Positions 8,386 to 18,543 of a stretch of 64,000 nt of DNA are shown piece after piece (position 1 is the first letter of the stretch; every line of letters starts with the position of its first letter). The notes beneath the pieces were generated by a model. That model did no database searches and had not been told where the DNA came from. It saw nothing but the letters and a program-made list of their open reading frames with translations. Origin of the DNA: Candidatus Gottesmanbacteria bacterium RIFCSPLOWO2_01_FULL_42_22 (GTDB lineage: Bacteria; Patescibacteriota; Microgenomatia; 2-02-FULL-39-11); NCBI GenBank assembly GCA_001779315.1, contig MFJU01000004.1, forward strand, positions 6,753 through 70,752. Direction: 5' to 3'. The position numbers and the translations under genes are program-made.

Positions 8386-9771
8386 TTAATTATACATAGG
8401 TTTATTAACTCCATCCCATACCCCATTCCATTCTGCACCTTTTCCTCTTAAAATATCAGCGGTCAGTTTTATCAGATTGCTTGCCGCTTCCTTTTCTCCA
8501 TTTTCAACAAACCACTTTGTCTCCATTATGGATCTGTACAAAGTATGCATTGCCAGACCCCGTCTCTCTTTTTCTTCTGGATGCCTCCGTAAAAATTCAT
8601 CAGTCACAAGCTGTTGCCGTTTCCGGTCCAGGGCCAGGCCTGCAATTGACGCATCATAAATCTGCCCGGATAAACCCTTACGTTGAGCCCTATCTCCGCT
8701 GGTTAGCGTATACTCAGTCTCTCCTGATTGCGGATTTCTTGATTTATGAATATTTCTTGGGAAAAGCGTTCCGTGTGTAACTCGGGTTGCGGCAAGTAGG
8801 TTTTCATCCTTCTCGATCAGATGCTCTCCAACGTTTAATTCTGTTTTTCCGTTTTTAAATCGATATAAAGGCAAATTATTTTTTATCATCTCCTCAAGTG
8901 CCTCTGTAAAAGAAAATTCTGGATCACCGCCTTTAATACTCTCCGCTAATTCATCATATAATACTTTAACTTCAGGATTATCAGTCATTTTGTCAGTCAA
9001 TTCCTCCAGTCTGTCACCCCACCGCTTGTCCGATGATTTAAACTCATCAAAATCTCTTTCACGGTTATACCACCATTCGTCACCGCGGAAATTACAGCCT
9101 TCATTCCCTTCTTTTAACCAGCTATTAGGAATATCAATCTGATTGACATTTTCCCATTCTGCGAACTCATTTGTAGTTGGATGTGCCGCTTCCAAATAGT
9201 CAAATAAAATTCGCATTCCCTCAGGACTATCCGGATATTCATGCGGATTTGCCAAATGTATTCCTTTTTCAGGGCCGCCGGCTCCCAAAGATCTTAAATT
9301 TTTACGATATCCCGTAATAAAAGCATGTCCCTGATCCGTCTCAAAAATCTGAATGGCAATTGGTATCGGCGATTTGCCTTTATGTCCTGCTTCAATCCAT
9401 TTTTTTTTAACGTAAGCGGCGACGATTGTTCGGTAAGCCCATAAATTAGGTGCAAAATTGGGCTCATTACCGCCTTTGACCTCGGATGGTTTATGCAAAA
9501 CAAAACTATACTCCTGATCTTCAGGCTTTTCTTTTAGTGGAATAACTACCATTGGGCGACCTGACAATGCTTTTCTGTCCGCATCCGATTCAGTTTCAGG
9601 CTCTAAAATCCTGCCGCCCTGTAACGCTTTATTGTCAGGCCAAGCAAACCCTTTCCTACGAATGAAAACTGCCAGTTCTTGCGCTTGACTCTCAAATCCT
9701 TTTTTTATTGACCAGGGCATATCGGTAATGCTTTCAGGAGAATTTAACAATCTGTCAGGAGATGAATCCAT
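8386..9771 (-). CDS. Hypothetical protein (461 aa), apparently co-transcribed with glgA.
   Basis: Long ORF with only a 3-nt gap to the glgA start. It has no TM helix and no motif I can assign. It may be glycogen-related by context only. Confidence 0.55.
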   Translation of the reverse strand: MDSSPDRLLNSPESITDMPWSIKKGFESQAQELAVFIRRKGFAWPDNKALQGGRILEPETESDADRKALSGRPMVVIPLKEKPEDQEYSFVLHKPSEVKGGNEPNFAPNLWAYRTIVAAYVKKKWIEAGHKGKSPIPIAIQIFETDQGHAFITGYRKNLRSLGAGGPEKGIHLANPHEYPDSPEGMRILFDYLEAAHPTTNEFAEWENVNQIDIPNSWLKEGNEGCNFRGDEWWYNRERDFDEFKSSDKRWGDRLEELTDKMTDNPEVKVLYDELAESIKGGDPEFSFTEALEEMIKNNLPLYRFKNGKTELNVGEHLIEKDENLLAATRVTHGTLFPRNIHKSRNPQSGETEYTLTSGDRAQRKGLSGQIYDASIAGLALDRKRQQLVTDEFLRRHPEEKERRGLAMHTLYRSIMETKWFVENGEKEAASNLIKLTADILRGKGAEWNGVWDGVNKPMYN

Positions 9772-9830
9772 AAAATCATATAGGGACGGTCCTTTGATAT
9801 ACCGTCAGGACAATCCGGAAATTAATTACT

Positions 9831-10880
9831 TTATAACTCCAATATTTTTTTATAAACTGATTCGTAATCGGCAACCATTTTTTCCTTTGAGAAATTCTCC
9901 ACGACCCGAGCTCTGCAATCACCTCTTTGTATCCTGTCAATTTCCCTGACCGCATGCACCAGGCCGCCAACCCCGGACTCCGTATCAACCGTAAAACCGG
10001 TTTTGCCGTCCTCAACAATCTCGGGGACCGAACCGCAGTTGTAGGCAACTACCGGTGTTCCACAGGCCATTGACTCGACCATCACCAGGCCGAACGGTTC
10101 ATGCCAGGTAATCGGAAAAAGGGTACAGATCGCATTGCCGTACAGACCGCTCGATGTCTCATGGTTTATCTCTCCGATAAAACTGACTTGTTTGCCGTCG
10201 ATCAAAGGTTTAATTTCATTTTCATAATACGCTCTGTCCGCCGGATCGATGGCCGCCGCGATGACCAGCGGCAGATTCAGTTTCCGGGCCGTCTCGATGG
10301 CCGGCAAAGGGCCTTTTTTTTCGACAATCCGTCCTACCCACAACAGATATTCGCCTTTGGTTTTTTCCACATACTCAAATTGGGAAATATCAATACCGTT
10401 ATAGACCGTCGCCGCAAAATTAAGTTCCCTCATGCCCAGCCTTTGGTTTTCGGAGATGCTGATAAAATTAAAGTGCTTAAAAGTCTCCAACACCCTTCTC
10501 TTTTCTTTGGGAATTTCACCCGGATAATATGAACCGTGGATCGTATGGACAACTGGAGTTTTAGAGAATTCAGCCTGGAACATGGCCAGATACTGGGCGT
10601 GGTTGTGGATGATGTCAAATTCATCTGCTCTTCGAAAACATTCCCGGTAATGGATCAGCGGCAAATACGGCAGGTCCTTGTTAAATCCGCTGTTGCCCAA
10701 TCCTTCCGGATAGACGCTGACCAGTTTAGCCCGGGTCTGGCTGTCGCCGCTGGCAAATAAAGTGACATCATGGCCCCGGTCGACCAGACCGTCAGCCAAT
10801 AGGGAAACGATTTTCTCTGTCCCTCCGTAAGCTTTCGGAGGCACGGATAAATAAGGCGGAGCTAAGATACCGATTTTCAT
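9831..10880 (-). CDS. Glycosyltransferase family 4 (GT1-fold).
   Basis: EPFGLVMVESMACGTPVVAYNCGSVPEIVEDGKTGF is the classical E-x7-E GT4 signature. The N-terminus KIGILAPPY...YGGTEKIV is also typical. Confidence 0.85.
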   Translation of the reverse strand: MKIGILAPPYLSVPPKAYGGTEKIVSLLADGLVDRGHDVTLFASGDSQTRAKLVSVYPEGLGNSGFNKDLPYLPLIHYRECFRRADEFDIIHNHAQYLAMFQAEFSKTPVVHTIHGSYYPGEIPKEKRRVLETFKHFNFISISENQRLGMRELNFAATVYNGIDISQFEYVEKTKGEYLLWVGRIVEKKGPLPAIETARKLNLPLVIAAAIDPADRAYYENEIKPLIDGKQVSFIGEINHETSSGLYGNAICTLFPITWHEPFGLVMVESMACGTPVVAYNCGSVPEIVEDGKTGFTVDTESGVGGLVHAVREIDRIQRGDCRARVVENFSKEKMVADYESVYKKILEL

Positions 10881-10977
10881 CTCTTATTCTATTCTATCCT
10901 AACAATAATCTTGGGGACAACATTATTATTAAATTCAGAGACATTCAGTTATAATACAGGGCCTTGTAGCGATCTAT

Positions 10978-11655
10978 ATGAAAAAAAGCGGCGTTATCTA
11001 TACCCATAACCTGAAAAAAATAAAACCGCTGTCGGAAAGAAAAACTTCCCCTGCCTGGGGAATAAAAGTCGTTTTTCTTCTAATCATGATAGCTTTTTTT
11101 TGGTCAAAACAAACCCGGATAGCCGGTTCGAGACTGGCCGAGTTTGTAATATCAAACACTCCGACTCCGTCACCGACTGCCACTGCCACCCCCACTCCCA
11201 CACCGACTCCGGTCATCCTTCCCTCAAGGCTGATTATTGATAAGCTGGGAATTGAAGCCGAAATCGAATATGTAGGAGCTGATGAAAACGGCAAGATGGG
11301 AGTTCCCTCAAATTGGGACAATGTGGCTTGGTATCGGGCTGGGCCTGTACCGGGTCAGATGGGCAATATGGTTATAGCCGGCCATTATGACACAAACCGG
11401 GGCAAACCGGCAGTTTTTTATCATTTGGAAAGTCTGGAACCCGGGGACATAATCCGGATTTCTAAAGTTGATGGAAGCTTACTCTCCTATCAGGTGACTA
11501 GTAGGGAAATTTTTCCGCTTAGGGAGGTACCTGTTGATTATATTTTCGGTTCAAAAGATACCTCTCAATTAATATTGATAACCTGCAACGGTTACTTCAA
11601 TAGGGGTATAAAAAGTTACTCCCACCGCATCGCCGTCTTCGCGGAACTTTTATAA
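10978..11655 (+). CDS. Sortase family transpeptidase.
   Basis: It has an N-terminal TM helix and a TPTPSPTATATPTPTPTP linker. The catalytic His is in MVIAGHYDT and the catalytic Cys is in LILITCNG (TLxTC motif). Confidence 0.8.
   Translation: MKKSGVIYTHNLKKIKPLSERKTSPAWGIKVVFLLIMIAFFWSKQTRIAGSRLAEFVISNTPTPSPTATATPTPTPTPVILPSRLIIDKLGIEAEIEYVGADENGKMGVPSNWDNVAWYRAGPVPGQMGNMVIAGHYDTNRGKPAVFYHLESLEPGDIIRISKVDGSLLSYQVTSREIFPLREVPVDYIFGSKDTSQLILITCNGYFNRGIKSYSHRIAVFAELL
11161..11222. repeat. Low-complexity (ACN/CCN)n tract encoding the sortase PT linker. Similar tracts lie at 607..900, 2440..2620 and 39780..39900.
   Basis: acnccgac-type reiteration encodes T/P-rich linkers. Their antisense gives the GVGVGV ORFs in the track. 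Confidence 0.6.
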
Positions 11656-11716
11656 TAACCGTTAACCGTTAACCGACAACCTGGGAGGTTACCCAGCCTC
11701 GCAACCTGGGGAAATT

Positions 11717-12148
11717 TCAGAAGGGGTTCAAGACTTCGATATCTTTTATTTCCTCAAAATCCGTATCATCAGAAATAATTGTCTTTATCTTATAAGTTTT
11801 CATATAAGCTACCAAAAATAAATCATAAACATAAATTTTTGGTTCCGAATTCATTAGCGAAATAAAAGATTTGAAAACAGCTTCATTCGGATATAGCACC
11901 CGCAAATTAGACCGCTGACTAAACAAATCAAGATCTTTGGCAATTTCCTTTTTGGATATTTTGAAATGTCTGGAAAAAACCGCCGAATATTCCAATAAAT
12001 TTTGGACTGTTAAAAATATGGTTGATGCTTTTTCTTCCAAATCATCAATTATCTCAAGCGTTCTTTTATGTTTAGCTGATTTCTTATCCTGCGAATAAAC
12101 AAGGATATTAGTATCAAGGAGATATTTTTTTCCGGAGATAATCATCAT
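11717..12148 (-). CDS. PIN-domain toxin (VapC-like).
   Basis: KYLLDTNILVY (D at the start of a PIN domain) and ...IISDDTDFEEI are present. It is paired with an overlapping upstream small ORF. Confidence 0.65.
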   Translation of the reverse strand: MMIISGKKYLLDTNILVYSQDKKSAKHKRTLEIIDDLEEKASTIFLTVQNLLEYSAVFSRHFKISKKEIAKDLDLFSQRSNLRVLYPNEAVFKSFISLMNSEPKIYVYDLFLVAYMKTYKIKTIISDDTDFEEIKDIEVLNPF

Positions 12149-12371
12149 AGATATCTTCTCTTTCTATCTTATTAATTCCTATACTGTATTTTCCCAACAA
12201 ATCAGTAAGTTTTTTTGCTTTTTTCTTTTTAAGAGTAATCCCGAATATCTCTTGTTTTAATCCCTGCTTCACCAAACCGGAGACACTCGTCTGTCTTTCC
12301 ACGGCAGTCAGTTTAGCGGCTTTTAACAAATCTTTAGGAATTATGACTGTAGTTCTGACATTTATATCCAT
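12114..12371 (-). CDS. Putative antitoxin (RHH/VapB-like) of the PIN toxin.
   Basis: The 85-aa ORF overlaps the PIN gene start and is predicted to encode a small basic protein. Its upstream region carries nested inverted repeats at 12421..12548. Confidence 0.45.
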   Translation of the reverse strand: MDINVRTTVIIPKDLLKAAKLTAVERQTSVSGLVKQGLKQEIFGITLKKKKAKKLTDLLGKYSIGINKIEREDIYDDYLRKKISP

Positions 12372-12618
12372 AATATAATCATACTAACATACAAACATAC
12401 TTATGTCAATCTCACTATTGGATTGATACTGTTCAGAGTTACGGACACAAAGTCATCCTGGTAAGCGAGGAAAGAGCGCATCCAGGATCCGTCGGGGATT
12501 CTGGACAAGCCAGAATGTCGATATTTGCCAGCGATTCTGAACAGTTACATTGGATCTAACTTTCACAATTCCGAATCGTTACATGTATATGCGTGATTCT
12601 GTAATTGATTGATGTAAT

Positions 12619-13020
12619 TTATTCTTTAACAATTTTCTTTGTTGAAGATTTGGAGAAGAAATAAATTATCCAACTTACTAGTGCCAAATCAGCTATTAAA
12701 TAATGACTGGAAAGAAAATCAGGAGTTAAACTTGAAGTACAAAATCTTGGAAAAAAAGGTTTAACTCCTCCATAACTGGGATTATCATTAGATGACTTTG
12801 ACACGATAGCCCTTCCCCAGGGGACTAAATATGAAAAATCTCTTTCAGTTCTGAAAGTACATCCGTTACCATAGATAAAAATTGGCAATCTGCTTACTAT
12901 AGCAAGAATAGACAATAAAATAGCTAATTTCAAGACTTTACTCCAGGGTTTTGAACGGATGACTATATAAATTATTACGGCTGTAATTCCTAATACCAAT
13001 GAAGAATAAAAGGCATACAT
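12619..13020 (-). CDS. Small multi-pass membrane protein, hypothetical.
   Basis: ORF with 3-4 hydrophobic helices, AT-rich. Confidence 0.4.
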   Translation of the reverse strand: MYAFYSSLVLGITAVIIYIVIRSKPWSKVLKLAILLSILAIVSRLPIFIYGNGCTFRTERDFSYLVPWGRAIVSKSSNDNPSYGGVKPFFPRFCTSSLTPDFLSSHYLIADLALVSWIIYFFSKSSTKKIVKE

Positions 13021-13056
13021 ATTTCTAATATATCATAATGGGGAAATGAAATTTTA

Positions 13057-13665
13057 CTATTTCCTTATCAGTAAATTTCTCAGAGCGTTTAATACTCTTT
13101 GTTTCATTGTTTTTTTGGATATATGATTATTGAAAACCATATCGAAATGCTCTGCTGTATTTTTTTGGGATTCATCAGAATAAGTAATATTAGTTTCTGA
13201 GCCTAATCCTGTCCTATTTGCAAATCTTGTTTGGACAGTTTCATCACTTATATCTATTTGCCAGCGGTCCAGATTGGGATAGTTAGTGGCGGCTCTGACC
13301 AGAGATCCGTTTTCATCTCTTACCCAAAAAAGCCTGTCTTCCCTGGTTGTTTGCTTTACCCCCCTTCTCTTTATTTCGTTTTCTTCAACCAGAACATCAG
13401 GGACTACTACCATATCATAATAAATTTGGGAATTGTCAGGTGCTCCTTCCCTGGCTATTTCAGCAAAATTCTCGGATAATATTACGTCGATGTTATAAGC
13501 CTTTTCCATCTCGCCGGTATTTGCATATCCCCGGCTTCTTGCCAATTCCTTTAATTTAGCTTCAAAAAAATTTCTTGCTGTCTGAGGTGTAGCTAAAGCT
13601 TCAACAATTGAATTAGGCCTTTCAGACGAACTGCTCTCTATAGGAATTGGCGTTAATTCTGACAT
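13057..13665 (-). CDS. Hypothetical protein (202 aa).
   Basis: ORF only, with no recognisable motif. Confidence 0.45.
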   Translation of the reverse strand: MSELTPIPIESSSSERPNSIVEALATPQTARNFFEAKLKELARSRGYANTGEMEKAYNIDVILSENFAEIAREGAPDNSQIYYDMVVVPDVLVEENEIKRRGVKQTTREDRLFWVRDENGSLVRAATNYPNLDRWQIDISDETVQTRFANRTGLGSETNITYSDESQKNTAEHFDMVFNNHISKKTMKQRVLNALRNLLIRK

Positions 13666-14021
13666 AATAATTAAAGCTTAACAGTTATTTACAAAATTTC
13701 AAACATACGGGATTTCTCAAACTTATTTTACTTATTGAAGTCGATATTTGACAATAGTACTAAAAATAGACTTTATATTTTAAAACCAATTGGACAGATT
13801 CCAATCTTGGGCTCCTCCATAATTTCCCTGGGCGATCCTATATTTTTTAAAAAGAATTCGTTTCTTTCTATATCATCGGCTGTTAAGTATTGAGATGAAC
13901 AGTCATTTTTATATTCAAACTGATAATGCCCGGGGGTCAAATTCATTCAGCTAAAAAATAAAAAAAGTACAAAGGTAGGGGAATTAATAAAATTATTTTA
14001 ATAATGTTCATAAAAATTAAA

Positions 14022-15086
14022 TTAAACAATCTTCTTCAAGGCCTCCTCATAATCTTTTACCATCTTCTCTACCGTGAAGTTTTCCATACAATGGTTGCGG
14101 CAATCCGAGCGCTTGATTGAATCAATTTTCTTGATTGTTTCCGTCATCTCCTCTTCACTGTTATTTTCTATTACAAAACCTGTCTTTCCATCAACTACTA
14201 CTTCAGGAATTGCCCCATTGGCAAAGGCGACTACCGGGGTGCCGCAGGCCATCGCTTCAATCATCACCAGACCAAAAGGCTCCTCCCACAGGATGGGAAA
14301 AAGAAAGGCTTTAGCGTTCTGGTAAAGTTCTACTTTTTTATAAAAATCCAGCTCCCCGAACCATTGTACCTGTTCTCCGTCAATATCCTTTTTGAGTTCC
14401 TCAAAATAATCCTGGTCGCGGATTTTGCCGGCCAAAATAAGTTTCAAACCCAGTTTTTTGGCAATTCTGACTGCCGCCCCCTGGTTTTTATGCCGGCCGA
14501 TTGTCCCCATCATCAGCAGATACTCTCCGCCAGCCGGCGGTCTGGGATGCGGATTGAATGTATATTTTTCCGTATCGGCACAGTTATAGACGGTGGCCAA
14601 ATAATTCAAATCAGGAAAATCTTTCCGCTGGCTGTTACTGATAGTGATTATATGAGTGTTATATGTTTTGAATAAGTTTGATAGCTGCGGAAAAAGGGGC
14701 AAATGCATGACGTTGACAAAAGGCTTTCCTAAGTGCATTACCAGAGGCAGAAAAACCGCTTCCCCCCGCATGTTATTCAAAATCAGATCATACCCGTCTT
14801 TTAGGTCAGTCAGCATTTGCATCGTTTCGGCGAGATGAACATTTTCCAGCCTCAATTTTCTAGAAGCTTCTGTCTCTTCCTTGCCTGCCGCAGTTTCGAT
14901 GGATACGGGTTGTCCTACTTCAATTAACTTAAATCCTTCCTCCTGTGATCCTCTCGAGGCAATCAGTATGATTTCATGACCGAGTTTGGCTAAGCCGCGG
15001 GCCTGGTAGTAGGCTATCCATTCCGTACCGCCCTGCTTTGGCGGCGGCACCGGTAATGCCACTGATCCTAAAATTGCTATCCTCAT
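14022..15086 (-). CDS. Glycosyltransferase family 4.
   Basis: EPFGLVMIEAMACGTPVVAFANGAIPEVVVDGKTGF is present. It is a paralogue of the 9831..10880 gene. Confidence 0.85.
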   Translation of the reverse strand: MRIAILGSVALPVPPPKQGGTEWIAYYQARGLAKLGHEIILIASRGSQEEGFKLIEVGQPVSIETAAGKEETEASRKLRLENVHLAETMQMLTDLKDGYDLILNNMRGEAVFLPLVMHLGKPFVNVMHLPLFPQLSNLFKTYNTHIITISNSQRKDFPDLNYLATVYNCADTEKYTFNPHPRPPAGGEYLLMMGTIGRHKNQGAAVRIAKKLGLKLILAGKIRDQDYFEELKKDIDGEQVQWFGELDFYKKVELYQNAKAFLFPILWEEPFGLVMIEAMACGTPVVAFANGAIPEVVVDGKTGFVIENNSEEEMTETIKKIDSIKRSDCRNHCMENFTVEKMVKDYEEALKKIV

Positions 15087-15100
15087 TATTAGAGTATAAC

Positions 15101-16312
15101 TTATCCGATCTTCAACTGCTTATGCTTGGGGCCGTTGTGGTTTTTAACCTTTGGAAAGTAGGCAAAGCGCATATACATCAGGATAAAGCGGTGGGCAATT
15201 GTTTCCCAGGAAAATTTTTCCTCGACAATTCTTCGGGCATTTTCCGCCATCTTATCCCTTTTTTCTTCATTGGATAAAAGTTTATTGACCTTGGCGGCAA
15301 TCTCCGTGGCATTTTTCGGCCTCACAAAAAAGCCGTTTACCCCGTCCTTGACAGCCAACGGTATCCCGCCTTTGCGGGTGACGACTACCGGCGTCTTGCA
15401 TGACATCGCTTCCAGAATGACCAAACCTAAGGGTTCATCCCAGACGGAAGGCGCCACAAAGACATCAGCCCGGTTATAAAATTTGCGCAGTTCGTCCCCT
15501 TCGGCTACATGCCCGATAAAATGGATATTGGACAGTTCCAGTGATCTGGTTTTCTCCTCGAGATATTGTCGCTCCGGGCCTTCCCCGACAATAACGATTT
15601 CGGCATTAATCTTTTTGGCAGCGGCAATCAGATAGCGGACTCCCTTGTAATGAGTCAGTTTTCCGGCAAACAGGACGACTTTTTTACCTGTCAAATGGTA
15701 CTTCTTATCAATATCGTCAGTGGCTAAATTCGGATTGAATTTTCTGACATCGACGCCTCCCGGGATGACTCTGACTTCAGAACGGAATTCGTCGCCGAAG
15801 ACTTTAAAAAGCCACTCTTTAGTCCAAAATGAGTTAGGTACGATCCTTCTAGCACGGCGCAGCGCATCCCCTGTCAAAGCCAGATAGCGCTTGTCTTTCT
15901 GGACGGTCGGCAGTTCCGAACCGTGGATGGAAATAACATAGGGTATCTGATAAACGCTTTTGATGACGCGGGCACACCATGATAATGGAAATGCGTGATG
16001 GACATGGATGATATTGGGGTTGAAATCCTCGACAGCCGCCCTGACACTATTGAGCATCTCTTCATACATCTCAATCAGATCATGGCTTGTAATATCGGTA
16101 TAAAGGATGGCATTCGGCCATTCCGGATGTCCGGTAAAGACAACCTGTTTGGAAGTTTTTAAAGGGTACAAGGTTACATTGGGAACATGCCTTGTATCAG
16201 GGGCGACCAAAGCGACTTTGAAATGCCGTCCGACCTCCTGGGCCAAATACCTGGCGTATGTGCCGGAACCTGACCCCCATAAAGGAAAGGTTTGTATATA
16301 CAGGATTTTCAT
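15101..16312 (-). CDS. Glycosyltransferase family 4.
   Basis: DEPLGLVILEAMSCKTPVVVTRKGGIPLAVKDGVNGF is present, with the N-terminus KILYIQTFPLWGSGSGTY. Confidence 0.85.
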   Translation of the reverse strand: MKILYIQTFPLWGSGSGTYARYLAQEVGRHFKVALVAPDTRHVPNVTLYPLKTSKQVVFTGHPEWPNAILYTDITSHDLIEMYEEMLNSVRAAVEDFNPNIIHVHHAFPLSWCARVIKSVYQIPYVISIHGSELPTVQKDKRYLALTGDALRRARRIVPNSFWTKEWLFKVFGDEFRSEVRVIPGGVDVRKFNPNLATDDIDKKYHLTGKKVVLFAGKLTHYKGVRYLIAAAKKINAEIVIVGEGPERQYLEEKTRSLELSNIHFIGHVAEGDELRKFYNRADVFVAPSVWDEPLGLVILEAMSCKTPVVVTRKGGIPLAVKDGVNGFFVRPKNATEIAAKVNKLLSNEEKRDKMAENARRIVEEKFSWETIAHRFILMYMRFAYFPKVKNHNGPKHKQLKIG

Positions 16313-16379
16313 TTAGTCTGTTCGCAATTTATCGGTCTAGTCCCACAATTTTATTTTATTTATGGATTTAAATGCAAAT

Positions 16380-17219
16380 TTAGTGCTGGCGGAAATAAAT
16401 TTGAGGGAAAAAAACGGATCCGGCCAGATGCCTTTTTAATCTCCAAGGCTCTTTGACAAGCCGGTAAGCCCATTCCCACCCGCTGTCCCTCAGCCACTTC
16501 GGCGCCCGTTTGGCCTTGCCTGACAAATAATCAAAACTGCCCCCGACGGCCATCATGACCAGCGGTTTTCCCCAATTTGACTGTTGCATTTTTTCTTTTA
16601 ATTTTTGAATGAAAAATTCCTGCTTGGGGAAACCCAGGGCAACGAAAAGAACATCAATCTTTCTCTGCTCAATCGCGTTTATCAAATTCTCGAAATATTT
16701 TTCGCTATTAATTACTTTCCCCTTATTATAATTTAGGATTTCGAATTCCGAATTCCGAATTTTTATTTCCGGTTCTCCCAGGACGTCAATTTTCAGTCCC
16801 TGGTTAAGTTTGCGTAAGCACTCTGCTGTCTGGACTGCCAATCCGGTCCTGCCCCCTATAAGTCCTATTCTGTCGTTCCTTTTCACTGCCTGACGGCACA
16901 ATGAAAGCATAAAATCAACACCGGAAATTCTCCGGATTTTCAATTTATATTTTTTTTCAACTGCCCAGACAATGCCGGCACCGTCGGGAAGATTGATTTG
17001 GCCTGTATTGACAGTCTGTCTAAACGTCTTATTTTTTTCGGCGAAAACTACAATTTCCGGGTTCGGGGTAAAAATAACCAGCGGTTTTACCCCGTCACTT
17101 TTGCCTTTTGCCTTTCGACTTTTGCCATTTTTAAAGTACTTATCGATTTTCTCCAGGATAGAATATTCATTTTCTGTAGTTATTTTCACGCCTAGAATTT
17201 TTATGGTGTTTTGAGACAT
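16380..17219 (-). CDS. WecB/TagA/CpsF-family glycosyltransferase (GT26).
   Basis: Motifs NLPDGAGIVWA, RIGLIGG and DVLFVALGFPKQE match the GT26 N-acetylmannosaminyltransferase family. Confidence 0.85.
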   Translation of the reverse strand: MSQNTIKILGVKITTENEYSILEKIDKYFKNGKSRKAKGKSDGVKPLVIFTPNPEIVVFAEKNKTFRQTVNTGQINLPDGAGIVWAVEKKYKLKIRRISGVDFMLSLCRQAVKRNDRIGLIGGRTGLAVQTAECLRKLNQGLKIDVLGEPEIKIRNSEFEILNYNKGKVINSEKYFENLINAIEQRKIDVLFVALGFPKQEFFIQKLKEKMQQSNWGKPLVMMAVGGSFDYLSGKAKRAPKWLRDSGWEWAYRLVKEPWRLKRHLAGSVFFPQIYFRQH

Positions 17220-17476
17220 AAATTATTATCAATGTCTTATTTTCTAGAAGTATTTTTGTCTTTATTTATATTTATGAGTACAAATATTATCCGGGAAGTT
17301 TTATTATTTTAACAATCTAAATAATCATTAAAACACTTAAAGTTTAGCAGAAGATTTTATTTTCATCAATTATACTGTGATTTTTTATAAAAACCGTTCT
17401 TTATTCTATTTTTTTTAATCTTTTTAGCCTAAATATATTACTATAAAGTCTTATTCATAATTCATATATCTTATCT

Positions 17477-18502
17477 CTATCTTCTGGCAATAGATCTTTT
17501 ATACAAATCAATATTTTCCAGAGCAACGCCGGTCCCCCGCACCACACATAACAGAGGGTCTTCGGCTATATGGACAGCCACCCCTGTCGATTGCATGATC
17601 AGTTTATCCATATTGGTCAATAGCGCTGTCCCTCCTGACAGGACTATGCCTTTGTCGATAATATCCGAAGCCAGTTCCGGCGGTGTATTTTCCAAAACTT
17701 CCTTAATGCCGGAGATAATTGACTGGAGGGGATTCTCCAAAGCTGCCGAAATTTCCTCGCTGCTAATTTCAATCAACCTGGGAAGTCCGGACAAGCTATC
17801 CCTGCCTCTGACTTCCATTTTCCGGATATTTTTTCCGACAGAGGCTTTCGGCAGTGCATCGCCTATTTGGATTTTGGCCTCTTCGCTCATTCTCTCCCCG
17901 ATGATCAGATTAAATTTTTTCTTGATATAAGCACCTATCGCTTCATCCAAGCGGTTGCCGGCCACTCTCACCGAATGATGGACGACCACTCCTCCCAGAG
18001 AAATAACCGCCGCTTCGCTCGAACCGCCGCCTGTATCGACAATCATATTGCCGGAAGGCTGGGCGATGGGGATTTTTGCCCCTATGGCAGCTGCCAAGGG
18101 TTCTTCTATCAGATAAACTGTCCTGGCTCCGGCTGAAAGTGTAGCGTCCATGACTGCTCTTCTTTCTACCTGGGTACAGCCGGCCGGGATGCAAATCATG
18201 ACTTCGGGTTTGAAAAAGCGGGTTCTCCCACAAACCTTGTCCAGAAAATAGCGCAGCATGGCCTCCGTCACCACATAATCGGCTATCACTCCTTCTTTCA
18301 AAGGACGTGAAGCGACGATATTCCCAGGAGTCCGGCCGAGCATTTCGCGAGCCTCATTGCCGACTGCTACTACCCGGTTATCGTCAATTGATATCGCCAC
18401 TACCGTCGGTTCATTTAAGACAACTCCCTCCCCTGCCAGATAAACCAGGGAATTAGCCGTACCCAAATCAATACCAAGACGTTTGAAAAGCATATTTTCC
18501 AA
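17477..18502 (-). CDS. mreB: Rod-shape determining actin homologue MreB.
   Basis: GIDLGTANSLVY, the phosphate-1 motif, and GGGSSEAAV are present. The length is 341 aa. Confidence 0.9.
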   Translation of the reverse strand: MENMLFKRLGIDLGTANSLVYLAGEGVVLNEPTVVAISIDDNRVVAVGNEAREMLGRTPGNIVASRPLKEGVIADYVVTEAMLRYFLDKVCGRTRFFKPEVMICIPAGCTQVERRAVMDATLSAGARTVYLIEEPLAAAIGAKIPIAQPSGNMIVDTGGGSSEAAVISLGGVVVHHSVRVAGNRLDEAIGAYIKKKFNLIIGERMSEEAKIQIGDALPKASVGKNIRKMEVRGRDSLSGLPRLIEISSEEISAALENPLQSIISGIKEVLENTPPELASDIIDKGIVLSGGTALLTNMDKLIMQSTGVAVHIAEDPLLCVVRGTGVALENIDLYKRSIARR

Positions 18503-18543
18503 TTAATTCTACTGTTCCTATGCTATAATTACAACGCCTTCCG

